Source: a virus
Virus record (IMG/VR): IMGVR_UViG_3300036795_000108
Coordinates: 23,222-87,221 of that record
Direction: 5' to 3' (one strand)
DNA length: 64,000 nucleotides
Positions 1 to 8,994 of this stretch are shown here, in pieces. The translations under genes and the position numbers were made by a program. Each line of letters opens with the position of its first letter. Position 1 is the stretch's first letter. The notes beneath the pieces are model-generated. The model was not told where the DNA came from and made no database searches. It worked only from the letters and a program-made list of their open reading frames with translations.

Positions 1-297
1 CGCGCGACGCTAGGCTGCCCCGCGCCCATCCGCTCTCGTGCTGCTGGAATAGATGCCCGACAAACCCGCCGCCGAGAAGCTGAAAGCTGCCGACGTACGC
101 GCGACCATCATCCGGGACCGGATGGCCGGTCCCATGAACATGAACCGCCGCACCACAGACGCCTCCCCCGGATCGACCAGCACCCACATGAACGGCTCGT
201 CATGCTGCACATCCACGCACAGGACGCGCGCACCACCAGGCATCGCCACCTCGAAGGTGTCAGCCGCCTCGACCGCGTACTTCCAGATCGCGTTCAT
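1..297 (-). pseudogene. DUF7352-like small phage protein, split by a 1-nt frameshift near 141
   Basis: MNAIWKYAVE...LCVDVQHDEPFMWVLVDP...RRF continues in the -1 frame as HVHGTGHPVPDDGRAYVGSFQLLGGGFVGHLFQ, the expected family C-terminus. ATGA overlap with the upstream gene. Confidence 0.6.
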
Positions 298-458
298 GAG
301 ACGAGCAGGACGATGCCGTAACACGCGCCCGCGACCAGCAGCAGGTAAACCACCACACCCACCGCAAGCGCCACGTCCAGCCCGCGGTCACCAGCCCCAT
401 CCATGTCCTCCAGGTAGCGCCGGCGCATCTCCTCGGCATAACGAATCGGATCAGTCAC
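294..458 (-). CDS. small membrane protein (54 aa; not in ORF track)
   Basis: GTG start overlaps the upstream TGA, and the stop overlaps the next ATG. C-terminal hydrophobic helix VALAVGVVVYLLLVAGACYGIVLLVS. Confidence 0.6.
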   Translation of the reverse strand: MTDPIRYAEEMRRRYLEDMDGAGDRGLDVALAVGVVVYLLLVAGACYGIVLLVS

Positions 459-1576
459 AACACACTCTCCTCAGCTAGTACGCCAGCATCCCTCGCGGCC
501 CGCTCCAACAACTCGTCAAACGGAGACGGATCCGCAGACTCCGGCTCAAACAAGCCGAAGGTCCGTTTACCGTCGAGCTTCACATCCCAGCCGACCATCC
601 GGCGGCCACGCGAATGCGGAACCTCGATAGGACCAAACTCAGACACCCAGCCCTTCAGGAACGGAGCACGCTCCTCCCGGATACGACCGGCCACGATCCA
701 CTCCTGAGCAAGCCTCCGTGCCTCATTAGGGTCAGCAGGGATCCCAACCTGATCGCGGATGGGACAATCGCGCGGACGTGAGCACAGCGCGCAGTGCGGA
801 CCAGCGCTCGCGATCCACCGTGGGGAATCCTCGCCTTCCGTTACGGCTTGGTGCAACAGCGACACCTGCGCGGAGACGACATCCCGCAAACGCTCGATCT
901 GCTCCCTAGTGATCCACACCTCGCGAGCTTCGCCCCAGAACACGTGCCATTCGCGAAACCAAAAGCGGTGGATGAACGGGTAGTTATCAAAGACCAGCAG
1001 GGCGTAGATGACACTTTGTGTCCAGCCCAGCTCCGTCATCCCCCTACCGTCCTCCTTGGCCGCCTCCTCGTCGCGTGGTTGTTTCGGGCGGGCATAACCG
1101 GTCTTCGCGTCGATAGACCCAGCCGTCAGCCCATCGGGATCAGCAAAGAGCGTGTCAAGCTGCCCTGAGATCCTCACCGCCTCCCCATTGTCGAGGGTGA
1201 TCTCAGAGTAGAGCCGAATCTCGGTATCCACGATCTGCTCGATGGATAACTCCATGCCGGCGCACCACTTCACGACGAGGATGCGCAGGCGCGTCATTCC
1301 GCGCATCGTGACCGGAACTACCTCATCTGACGGGATGTCGCGCTGGGCGATCACGTCCACTAACCGCTCTAGGCCTTGCTCGACCGACATCGTGCGTTCA
1401 GCATGCACGCGCATCTCGGTGATCGTAAGATGCTTCCAGCGGTGAAACAGTGTGCCGACTGCGGCGAACTCGCTAGGCGTCCGCCGCCGATCCGTCATCG
1501 CGAACAGCGCCCGTAAAGCACAAGAGTCGAACGTCGCGATGATACTCTGCCGATAGTAGGGCGGAGCGGTAAGCAT
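455..1576 (-). CDS. PD-(D/E)XK RecB/Cas4-like exonuclease with probable Fe-S cysteines
   Basis: Start MLTAPP (TAATG coupling). Motifs: FDSC, GTLFH, E-IRL, SGQLD, IDAKTG, Q..IYA, C-terminal HCALC-x5-CP. Confidence 0.8.
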   Translation of the reverse strand: MLTAPPYYRQSIIATFDSCALRALFAMTDRRRTPSEFAAVGTLFHRWKHLTITEMRVHAERTMSVEQGLERLVDVIAQRDIPSDEVVPVTMRGMTRLRILVVKWCAGMELSIEQIVDTEIRLYSEITLDNGEAVRISGQLDTLFADPDGLTAGSIDAKTGYARPKQPRDEEAAKEDGRGMTELGWTQSVIYALLVFDNYPFIHRFWFREWHVFWGEAREVWITREQIERLRDVVSAQVSLLHQAVTEGEDSPRWIASAGPHCALCSRPRDCPIRDQVGIPADPNEARRLAQEWIVAGRIREERAPFLKGWVSEFGPIEVPHSRGRRMVGWDVKLDGKRTFGLFEPESADPSPFDELLERAARDAGVLAEESVL

Positions 1577-2565
1577 TAGCGCCTGAACTCGAACGCGCGT
1601 TGCTTGACGACCAGCGGCTTGTCCTTCGGTCCCTTGACGGAATCGGGGATCCATATAGGTAAATGTCGATTCTGACTCGGATACCACTGATTCCGCCAAT
1701 GGGCCCGGGAGATCCACCTATGAGTCCAATTGACGTTTCGCCTGTCATCCGTGTCCGCGTAGATCTTGCGTCGCAAAACCATGACGATGACGGTCTTGAC
1801 CTGTCGGGCTTTGGCACGCCGTCGAACCGGCCGGCTGACATCTCCCTTGTTCAAAACGAACAGGCGTTGCTGGGCGAGAAACCAGAAGGAGACAAGCAGC
1901 TTCGCGATCGGGAACTGGTAGCTGGCCACACTCCCGTCGCCGGGAAACGCGACCTCTGATACAAGCGGCGCGAGCGTCCCGAATGCGTCCGAGTAGCCGA
2001 TCACAACGGCGAGGTTTGAGTCGGGCCTCTTGACCGTCACCCACGCGAACGCGACCAGTGAAGCATCCTCCCAGAAGTTAGGGATCGACTCGGCTAGCCA
2101 GACAAACCCGTTGGGGATCAGCAGATCGCTTTCTCGTAGCTCGAAAGGGTCCATAGGATCGCGGAAGCCCGCTGCGATAATCGCCGAAACCTCCGCGGAG
2201 GCGTAAATGGCTTCGCAGTCGGACAGGCCCATCTTGGTCGCCGTATAGAGGGGAGGCATGTCCATCTCTGCAAACAGATCCGCCTTATCGGGCAGCAGCG
2301 TTGGGCCAATATGGGTCATGGCGGCCGAGATCGTCTTCGCCCAGTCATCTCCGCGTTGACTTCTGACGAACGCGATGGCGTCCGTCAGCTTGTCCATCGC
2401 GATCTCGTAGCCGCGATCCGTCGGCTGTCCGTAACCGTGGACTCCTGGTATACGCTTTTCCTGCATCGGACCTCGATTCCGGTGTCGGCCCCGGAGCGTT
2501 CCTGCGCTGCCGGGGCATTCTTTACGGGCGTCTAATCCTACAGCCGATCCCGGCTCGCGGGTCAC
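1576..2565 (-). CDS. conserved phage hypothetical protein (start may be further downstream)
   Basis: C-terminal WTHRWISRAHWRNQWYPS...IWIPDSVKGP motif typical of an actinophage family. Coupled to its neighbours. Confidence 0.6.
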   Translation of the reverse strand: MTREPGSAVGLDARKECPGSAGTLRGRHRNRGPMQEKRIPGVHGYGQPTDRGYEIAMDKLTDAIAFVRSQRGDDWAKTISAAMTHIGPTLLPDKADLFAEMDMPPLYTATKMGLSDCEAIYASAEVSAIIAAGFRDPMDPFELRESDLLIPNGFVWLAESIPNFWEDASLVAFAWVTVKRPDSNLAVVIGYSDAFGTLAPLVSEVAFPGDGSVASYQFPIAKLLVSFWFLAQQRLFVLNKGDVSRPVRRRAKARQVKTVIVMVLRRKIYADTDDRRNVNWTHRWISRAHWRNQWYPSQNRHLPIWIPDSVKGPKDKPLVVKQRAFEFRR

Positions 2566-2936
2566 GCAGTCTCTTTCGCCCAGCGGTTCTGCTCGTCCTT
2601 GACCAGCCCCGTCCGGGGCATCACGCGGTACAGGTAGTTCGCCGTGATGCCGAGCTTCTGAGCGATCTCCGGGATCGTCAACGGCCCGTTCTGCTCGACC
2701 GCCCCTACGGCCTGCTGAAGCCGCGAGCCGCCCTTCTGAGACCCCGGAGGGCGCCCGCGACGACGACGAGTCGGGCGCGACTTGACGACGGTGTCCTCCA
2801 ACTTGGCTGTCGAGGCGGGCGGCTGGCCATTCTCGCCGAGCGCTCCGAGCGCGGCCCGCAGCTTCTCGGCCTGGACCTCATGAAAGACAAGGCCCTCCCG
2901 GATCTTCTCCGCCACTGCTTCTACGTGCTGCATCAC
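2562..2936 (-). CDS. coiled-coil + AT-hook-like + winged-HTH DNA-binding protein
   Basis: RRRRGRPPGSQKGGSR followed by LTIPEIAQKLGITANYLYRVMP. RBS gaggaa upstream. Confidence 0.75.
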   Translation of the reverse strand: MMQHVEAVAEKIREGLVFHEVQAEKLRAALGALGENGQPPASTAKLEDTVVKSRPTRRRRGRPPGSQKGGSRLQQAVGAVEQNGPLTIPEIAQKLGITANYLYRVMPRTGLVKDEQNRWAKETA

Positions 2937-2954
2937 TTCCTCCTCTGGTTGACT

Positions 2955-3218
2955 CTAGGTAATCGGGGCGTCTACCGTCCGCGGAGTCAAGGCATCGAGC
3001 GCTTCTTGTAACTCGCGACGATGAAACCCCGGGACTACCTGCGCATGTTCGGCGAGAAGATGCTCAACCGCGTGGATAAGTTCGCTCATGGGCGCAACCG
3101 ACGCGACCTCGACATCCTCGCCGAGCGCCAATGACGGACCTCGTTTAGCGACGATGTCGAGTGGCATCAGCGACCGGGCGTCGGAGCCAGTGAGCACCCA
3201 ATGTCGTCGGTCAGGCAC
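2955..3218 (-). CDS. hypothetical protein
   Basis: GTG start overlaps the end of the recombinase gene. Confidence 0.5.
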   Translation of the reverse strand: MPDRRHWVLTGSDARSLMPLDIVAKRGPSLALGEDVEVASVAPMSELIHAVEHLLAEHAQVVPGFHRRELQEALDALTPRTVDAPIT

Positions 3219-4332
3219 CGCGTTCCTCCTCCGGGAGCTGGGAGCGCAGGTAGGCGATCTCCTCATCCATCTCCGCTACCTGCTCAAGCGTGACGCCTAA
3301 CGCGGTCTGCTTGTCCTCCAACTCCGCGATGCGAGCGCGCGCGACCTCCGGAGCGATCTCCACCCCGCCATCCCCGCCATCCCCGCCATCCTCCGGTACC
3401 ACCACCGCGTCGGTGACCAACTCCTCGCTCGCATCCTCAGCCCGGCGGTTTAGCTCCTCGGCCTGCCGAAGCCACACCTCGATCGCCGCGCCATCCTGGC
3501 CACCCAACGCCATCTGCGCCGCCGCTGGCGACAACGTGCCCGGACGCACCTCCTGAGCCCGATCGTAGATCGCCCGGAAGCGCTCACGGAACGCCTCGGG
3601 CAGATCATTCGTGATGCTGACGACCATCTCCTCGACCGTCTCCGCGCTCGGCGCCGGCCGCGACGGCTCATCGCTCCACGTCGGGATCTCGCCCTCGGTG
3701 TAGACCGCGATCCCGCCAGTCGCCTTCGGGCAGTACCACTTCACCCCATTCGACATCGCCCGGTTGAACTTCATGTTGCGGGGATAGGTGACGTGATTCG
3801 GGTCCGCCCCCTTGCTCGTCTTATCGAGCAGGTGAGCACGCCCGGCGTCCTCGTCATCGAAGCGCGACTCTCCCGCGTACTCCTCGCCCGGGCGCTGACG
3901 CGAGGGCTGGCAGTGATCGCAATGGCGCTCCTGCACTCCGGCGTTCGGGCAACCCTTGGCGTGACGCAGATAGCCGACCTCGTCGGGATCGGCGAACTCG
4001 GTGCGCTCGAAGAAGTGGATCTCGCACGCCGCGTTCGTATGCTCGACGATCGCGTAGCGGTAGTCGGGCAGCTCCTGTACGAACGTCGCCAGCAGGTTGG
4101 CACCCACAACCGGGTTGCCCTTGACCATGTAAATCCCGGTCATTGACTGCTGCGCCGTCAGCCCCAGGCTGCGACCCATCTGGATCTTCGTTACCGCCTG
4201 GTAGAAGTTGCGGACGTCCGGGAACATCCCCGACTCCGCGAAGCCCTTAGACAGGCGGATGTCGAAGTCGAGTTGCTTGTGGGGATTGAGGGTCGCTACC
4301 TCGCTGCCCGGCTTCTGTTCAGTCTCCGGCAT
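3211..4332 (-). CDS. RecT/Red-beta-like single-strand annealing protein
   Basis: QAVTKIQMGRSLGL..QSMTGIYMVKGNP and YPRNMKFNRAMSNGVKWYCP..GIAVYTEGE motifs. Lies near the exonuclease. RBS gagcagg. Confidence 0.65.
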   Translation of the reverse strand: MPETEQKPGSEVATLNPHKQLDFDIRLSKGFAESGMFPDVRNFYQAVTKIQMGRSLGLTAQQSMTGIYMVKGNPVVGANLLATFVQELPDYRYAIVEHTNAACEIHFFERTEFADPDEVGYLRHAKGCPNAGVQERHCDHCQPSRQRPGEEYAGESRFDDEDAGRAHLLDKTSKGADPNHVTYPRNMKFNRAMSNGVKWYCPKATGGIAVYTEGEIPTWSDEPSRPAPSAETVEEMVVSITNDLPEAFRERFRAIYDRAQEVRPGTLSPAAAQMALGGQDGAAIEVWLRQAEELNRRAEDASEELVTDAVVVPEDGGDGGDGGVEIAPEVARARIAELEDKQTALGVTLEQVAEMDEEIAYLRSQLPEEERGA

Positions 4333-4555
4333 CCTGCTCCTCTCCGTTGTACGGCTGCTCATGTCGATGTCTCATCCCTAACGCGAACTCGGCGTCGGCG
4401 CGGACGGAGAACGGACCGTCGATCAAACGCTCGTCCGGACCGACCGCGAAGAACACCCCGTCAGCCTCCTCCACATACGGCTGCGGGAGCGCCTCATAGT
4501 CCGGATGCTCGCGCAGATAGCGCGACGGAAACAGCATCCCTTCGACCATCGGCAT
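4319..4555 (-). CDS. hypothetical protein
   Basis: First ORF downstream of the TATACT promoter, with RBS gaggtgg. Confidence 0.5.
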   Translation of the reverse strand: MPMVEGMLFPSRYLREHPDYEALPQPYVEEADGVFFAVGPDERLIDGPFSVRADAEFALGMRHRHEQPYNGEEQDAGD

Positions 4556-4596
4556 GACGCCACCTCTTTCATAGGAACCTCTGCTCGGGAGCACAG

Positions 4597-4605
4597 AGTA
4601 TAACG
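4597..4605 (-). promoter_or_regulatory. repeated CGTTATACT promoter (-10) motif, copy 1
   Basis: Identical 9-mer at 4597, 8286, 10108, 50621 and 54774, each upstream of a minus-strand operon. Confidence 0.7.
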
Positions 4606-4783
4606 CAGCGCCAAGAGGTGTGAAGATCGAGACGCCGGACCGCGATCTGTTTTCTCGCTCCGAAGATGGCCCAGAACGAGCCCGAACAAGAACGGCTGGG
4701 TGGCCGCTCCGCCTACGAAAGGACATCGCGGTCCGGCAGTCTCAATCGCCGGGGAGGATACACGCTCCCGTACGATCCCCCGC

Positions 4784-5548
4784 ATGGACAGCGATCCGCG
4801 ACTCGGATTCGTGATCGTCGACTGGAAGACCCCACGGCTCGCCGCGGCCTGCTCAGAGTCGATCCGGACGCTGCGCCCCCGCTCCGAGATCCTCACCGTC
4901 AACGCCGCCGGCGCGAGCCTCGGATACGCCCAAGCTCTCAACGCCGGGATCGGCGCGTTGTGCTCCGAGGCGGACGTCATCGTCTGCCTGAACGCCGACA
5001 CGCGGATGCTCGAAGCAGACGACGCGATCCTCGACCTGTTCGACCGCGACCCGGACCTCGCGATCATCGGCCCGCGGCAGATCAACGCCCGGCGCCAGAT
5101 CGTGCATGGCGGGATCGTTCAATGGCCCGACGGCACCCCCTGGGATCTGGACCTGAGGCACCGCTGCTGGCATCAGCTCGTCGACCAGCCGCACGTCGAC
5201 GCGCTTACCCGCATGACGTTCGAGGTCCCGACCGTCGCCGGCAGCGTCATCTACTGCCGGCGCCGTACCCTGAGCGCGCTCGGCGGCTGGCCGGAGTTCA
5301 GCCGCTACTACTACGAAGACACCGGCCTCTGCCTGCTGGCGCGCCACCACCAGCGCCGGGTCCTCTACACCGGCAGCGTCACCTGGGAGCACCTGCACGA
5401 GGGATCGCCGTTGCGTCGCAGCGTGCGGACGCACTTCATCACCAAGGCGACCGGCCAGTTCATCGCATGGAGCGCCGAGCAGGGCATCCCGCTCAACATC
5501 GAACCGGACGCGCAGAGAGTCCTCGCCCGGGATGCGGGAGTGCTGTGA
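4784..5548 (+). CDS. GT-A fold (GT2-like) glycosyltransferase
   Basis: FVIVDWKT, LGYAQALNAG, CLNAD, AGSVIY, YYEDTGLC motifs. TACGAT-7nt-ATG leaderless start. Confidence 0.85.
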   Translation: MDSDPRLGFVIVDWKTPRLAAACSESIRTLRPRSEILTVNAAGASLGYAQALNAGIGALCSEADVIVCLNADTRMLEADDAILDLFDRDPDLAIIGPRQINARRQIVHGGIVQWPDGTPWDLDLRHRCWHQLVDQPHVDALTRMTFEVPTVAGSVIYCRRRTLSALGGWPEFSRYYYEDTGLCLLARHHQRRVLYTGSVTWEHLHEGSPLRRSVRTHFITKATGQFIAWSAEQGIPLNIEPDAQRVLARDAGVL

Positions 5549-6324
5549 GCGTCGGCGCGGAGGGCCTGAACCTCGTCGCGTCCGTCATCGCGCGAGACGA
5601 GCTGGCGAGATATCAACCCGCGCTCGTCCACCACCTGAGCGGCTGGGTTGACGAGGTCAGGGTCCTCGATGACTGCAGCACCGACGGGACCTACCAGGCC
5701 CTCGAAGCGCTCGGGCCTAAGGTCCACGTCCAGCACATCCTCGGCGCGAGCGCGTGGGACATGTTCGGCGAAGGAGCCGCCCGGCAGCAGGCCCTCGAAT
5801 GGGCGATGCAAGCCCGCCCGACACACGTCCTCCACGTCGACGCCGACGAGGTCATCCCGGACGGCAAGCTGCTGCGCCGCGCGATCCTGCGCAACCCCGA
5901 CTGTGACGTGTTCACCCTGACGATGCGGGAGATCTGGAAGCGCGACGGGATCCCGTGGCAGGAACGCGTCGACGGGCAGTGGGGGCCGCGGGAATGCCCG
6001 ATCCTATGGCGGGTGCCCGACTCTGCGCGGCGGACCGGGGAGCTACCCGATGGCTACAACATCCGGCCGGTGAAGCTCGCCAGCGGCCGGGAACCAGAGA
6101 TCGTCGCGACGCTCGGCGCGTTCGGGGATGCGGTCCGCACCGGCGTGGACATTCTGCACTTGGGTTGGAGTGACCCGGCGGAGCGCCGGCCCCGGTATGA
6201 CCGGTACATGCAGATCGACGGGGGTGAGCATCACGCGTCCGAGCATCTGCTGTCCATCATCGAGCCGCCCGAGCTTGAGCCCTACCCGGCGCATCACGGC
6301 GTGCTGGGGTCTTCTACCTCATAG
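5545..6324 (+). CDS. GT2-like glycosyltransferase
   Basis: IARDE, VLDDCSTDGT, LHVDADE, ILHLG motifs. GTGA coupling to the upstream GT. Confidence 0.85.
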   Translation: MSVGAEGLNLVASVIARDELARYQPALVHHLSGWVDEVRVLDDCSTDGTYQALEALGPKVHVQHILGASAWDMFGEGAARQQALEWAMQARPTHVLHVDADEVIPDGKLLRRAILRNPDCDVFTLTMREIWKRDGIPWQERVDGQWGPRECPILWRVPDSARRTGELPDGYNIRPVKLASGREPEIVATLGAFGDAVRTGVDILHLGWSDPAERRPRYDRYMQIDGGEHHASEHLLSIIEPPELEPYPAHHGVLGSSTS

Positions 6325-6590
6325 GCCGCGCCGCGTGCGACATGCTCGCCGCCGGCTGGAAGTTGGGACTCTCCGACCTTGCGGTACGCCACCGTGTCGG
6401 CGACATCCTCGTCCGCCTGCCTCGCATCCCACATCGCGAGAGCCTCCCCGTCGACCCCTTGGAGGACCAGCAGGTGATCTGGCAAGGGCCACGCGCGTTC
6501 CTCGCTTGGGATGGAGATCGTCTTCCCCGCGAACGGGTCGTCTTGGAAGCGGAGCAGAAACCCGCGCGGATCCAAAGCAGTCATCGTCAT
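6294..6590 (-). CDS. hypothetical protein
   Basis: ORF with RBS, in a minus-strand operon. Confidence 0.55.
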   Translation of the reverse strand: MTMTALDPRGFLLRFQDDPFAGKTISIPSEERAWPLPDHLLVLQGVDGEALAMWDARQADEDVADTVAYRKVGESQLPAGGEHVARGAAYEVEDPSTP

Positions 6591-6592
6591 CG

Positions 6593-7408
6593 TTATTCCT
6601 TTTCTGTTTGTTGCTTCACACCGTTGACGTAGTCAAGGGCATGCTGGCCACTGCCGAAGTAGAAATCGCGCCAGCCATCCTCACTCCATCGCAGGCCCCC
6701 GATGCCCGTGCGGAGCGCGTCGACTGCCAAGTCCCACCGCTCCTGATCGCTGAGGTCGTACCAGACATCCCAGTCCCGCGCGTCGGGGTCGTCGCCCTCA
6801 ACGCGATCGGCAGGATCGCGGACGCCGATCAGCGGCGGTATCCACGTCTTGCCCTCGAACGCGACGTAGGCGTTCGGGAACGACTCGCAGACGCTGTAGC
6901 TGGTGACGACGATCTCGCCGGCGCGGAGCACGCGACACGCCTCGCGCCAGCCGGACGGGTAGTCGCCGTGGCCCTCGCGGAACACGCTGGTCTTGAACCC
7001 ATCCTCGATCAGGCCGGCGATGAACTCGCCGTCCTCGGGCTCGACGTAGCCGTGGATCTCGCACTGGCCGTGGACGCGGGCGGCGAGCGCCATAGGCGCC
7101 GAGCCGACGCGCAGACAGGTATTGAGAACTGTCGCGAAGATCTCCTCACCATCGGCAAAGTGCTGCGGCCCGCAGCTCTGGAGAAACATCTCGAACTCGT
7201 GGTCAATCTGGTTTCCCCAGCCGGAGTGCTGCTGGTGAGCAGTGTCGTGGATGTAGTGGTCTGACGGGACCAGCGCCACCTTCTCCTCGCTGCGGAGTAT
7301 CCCGAAGATCCCGGCCGCGAAGTGGTTGCAGAGCTGCCCCATGTAGGCGCGTTCAGTCCCGTAGACCTCGACAGTCTCGGTGGGGGTGTGGAAGTAGATC
7401 CGGCTCAT
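6593..7408 (-). CDS. hypothetical protein (271 aa)
   Basis: Long ORF with a protein-like composition. ATGA coupling. Confidence 0.7.
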   Translation of the reverse strand: MSRIYFHTPTETVEVYGTERAYMGQLCNHFAAGIFGILRSEEKVALVPSDHYIHDTAHQQHSGWGNQIDHEFEMFLQSCGPQHFADGEEIFATVLNTCLRVGSAPMALAARVHGQCEIHGYVEPEDGEFIAGLIEDGFKTSVFREGHGDYPSGWREACRVLRAGEIVVTSYSVCESFPNAYVAFEGKTWIPPLIGVRDPADRVEGDDPDARDWDVWYDLSDQERWDLAVDALRTGIGGLRWSEDGWRDFYFGSGQHALDYVNGVKQQTEKE

Positions 7409-7550
7409 GAATTAGATGACGGCGGCGGCGACTTCTTCTCGTAGATCGGCACCCACGTCAACCCCGGTCCCGCAGGTGGCTGGCCGAACTTCGCAGGCCA
7501 CCACTTACCGGTCCCAACAAGCCGCCACCCCTTCAGATACCTGGGAGTGG

Positions 7551-7796
7551 TCATTGGCAACCGTGCGACTCGGCAAGTCGCGCTCGGGCGAACTCGCGGT
7601 TACGCTCACCCTCCAAGGCGTCGCGAGCAGGCTCCTCCGACTCGGCGGCCGCCAACACCTGCTCCGCGAGCATCAACGCCGCCTCGCGCTGATTGACCGG
7701 GGATCTGCTATTCAGCACCCGCTCGGCCAGCAGCGACCAGACCGACGGGATCAGGACACGCCCATCGCGTGTCACCTCCGGACGAAACGACTTCAT
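7551..7796 (-). CDS. hypothetical protein
   Basis: ATGA-coupled on both sides. Confidence 0.5.
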   Translation of the reverse strand: MKSFRPEVTRDGRVLIPSVWSLLAERVLNSRSPVNQREAALMLAEQVLAAAESEEPARDALEGERNREFARARLAESHGCQ

Positions 7797-8023
7797 AGTC
7801 CCATCTCCATCGGGTCGAGTTGGCAGGCGGTCGACGCGCAGTCGAACACCCCATGCGTCCGGCAGGGCGGGGTGCCTTGGTCATCGTAGGAGCACACCGA
7901 GCCGTCCGGGCAGATGATCGTGATGGAGCCGTCCGGGCTTGGGATGATCCGTAGGGACGCGCCTGTATAGGCCAGCGATGTCTCCTCGATCCGGGCGTCC
8001 TGCTCATGGGTCGTAAGGCTCAT
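7793..8023 (-). CDS. small Cys-rich hypothetical protein
   Basis: MSLTTHEQ start. CPDGSVC and CRTHGVFDC..C motifs. Confidence 0.45.
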   Translation of the reverse strand: MSLTTHEQDARIEETSLAYTGASLRIIPSPDGSITIICPDGSVCSYDDQGTPPCRTHGVFDCASTACQLDPMEMGL

Positions 8024-8238
8024 CAGGAATCCTTCGTCTGCGTTGGATACGCGCAGAAGTCGCCGGTCGGATCGACCCGCACATAGATCCCCGCGGCCGT
8101 GGACTCTCCGCAGTGGCAACACCGTCCGGTCGGGGGGGCGAGGATGCCTATTGGCTCGCGTCCGGGTTCGTTGATGAACTCGGGCCAGCACCTAGTGCAG
8201 AGAGGCTGCGTCCAGCTAAAGCGTTGCTCAGGGGCCAT
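8023..8238 (-). CDS. small Zn-finger protein
   Basis: CTRC...CCHC. RBS agagga. Follows the promoter at 8286. Confidence 0.55.
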   Translation of the reverse strand: MAPEQRFSWTQPLCTRCWPEFINEPGREPIGILAPPTGRCCHCGESTAAGIYVRVDPTGDFCAYPTQTKDS

Positions 8239-8285
8239 CAAATCCTCTTTTCGTAGGGGCGCCTGTTCGGGAAGCGCTCCGCCTA

Positions 8286-8294
8286 AGTATAACG
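8286..8294 (-). promoter_or_regulatory. CGTTATACT promoter motif, copy 2 (divergent region)
   Basis: Similarity to copy 1 extends about 20 nt upstream: TCACAtCCgCTTGaCGCTcCGTTATACT vs TCACA-CCtCTTGgCGCTgCGTTATACT. Confidence 0.7.
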
Positions 8295-8327
8295 GAGCGT
8301 CAAGCGGATGTGATGTAGGCTCCCGCC

Positions 8328-8564
8328 ATGCCGAAACTCTGGACCCCACCAGCGGAGCCCGAACTCGAGCTAGGGCGCCGGCCCGGCATCCGCTTCAACG
8401 TGCCCGAAGCGCAGTTGCGCGCCGCGGTCCGGCAGCAGGCTGCGGCCGAGCAGATCCGCGCCGCCGAAGAGATCACCCGCGCTACCCGCCGTGCAGCCAA
8501 AGCCGCGAAGCGTAAGGCGCACGCGGTCGCTCGCAAACGCGCCCAGCTTGAGCGGCAGCGGTGA
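8328..8564 (+). CDS. small basic coiled-coil protein
   Basis: TAGGCT-6nt-ATG leaderless start. First gene of a coupled plus-strand operon. Confidence 0.55.
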   Translation: MPKLWTPPAEPELELGRRPGIRFNVPEAQLRAAVRQQAAAEQIRAAEEITRATRRAAKAAKRKAHAVARKRAQLERQR

Positions 8565-8773
8565 TGCGCCCCCGAGCTGCCCGGTCGATCGTGCGGTGGA
8601 TCTCCGCCGCGATGGACCGCAGCTACGCCGCCTACCTCGACAACCACGAGGAGCTGTCGCAGTCCTGGGCTGCTGTCTTCCGCTGGCGCCAGCGAGTTGG
8701 TCTGAAGCTCGCGGTCGTGATTGACCGTGACGCGGCGTTGGATCAGATGGCGAACGAAGGGTGGTGGGGATGA
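8561..8773 (+). CDS. hypothetical protein
   Basis: Coupled by 4-nt overlaps. Confidence 0.5.
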   Translation: MMRPRAARSIVRWISAAMDRSYAAYLDNHEELSQSWAAVFRWRQRVGLKLAVVIDRDAALDQMANEGWWG

Positions 8774-8994
8774 GACAGATCCCGCCGATGCCCAAGATCC
8801 CGGCCGACTACACGGCCCTCATCACCACGCACGACGGCTGGTGGTTCCGCTACACCGTCACCCGCCACCACGGCATGTTCAACCTGGAGCGCACGCACAG
8901 CCATCACCGCACACTACGCGGCGCACGGCGAAGCGCCCGACGGTGGACGGCTCGCAATGAGACATCCGAGCCGCAGGTCGTGGAGTGGACGTGA
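8770..8994 (+). CDS. hypothetical protein
   Basis: ATGA/GTGA coupling. Confidence 0.5.
   Translation: MRQIPPMPKIPADYTALITTHDGWWFRYTVTRHHGMFNLERTHSHHRTLRGARRSARRWTARNETSEPQVVEWT

Noticed and set aside
455-1576. Cas4-like nuclease as evidence for a CRISPR system
   Set aside because: No repeat-spacer array or other cas genes were seen. The context is a phage recombination module.
4666-5544. 552-aa version of the second glycosyltransferase
   Set aside because: The N-terminal part is an alternative frame over the first GT. The real start is GTG 5545, coupled to the upstream stop.
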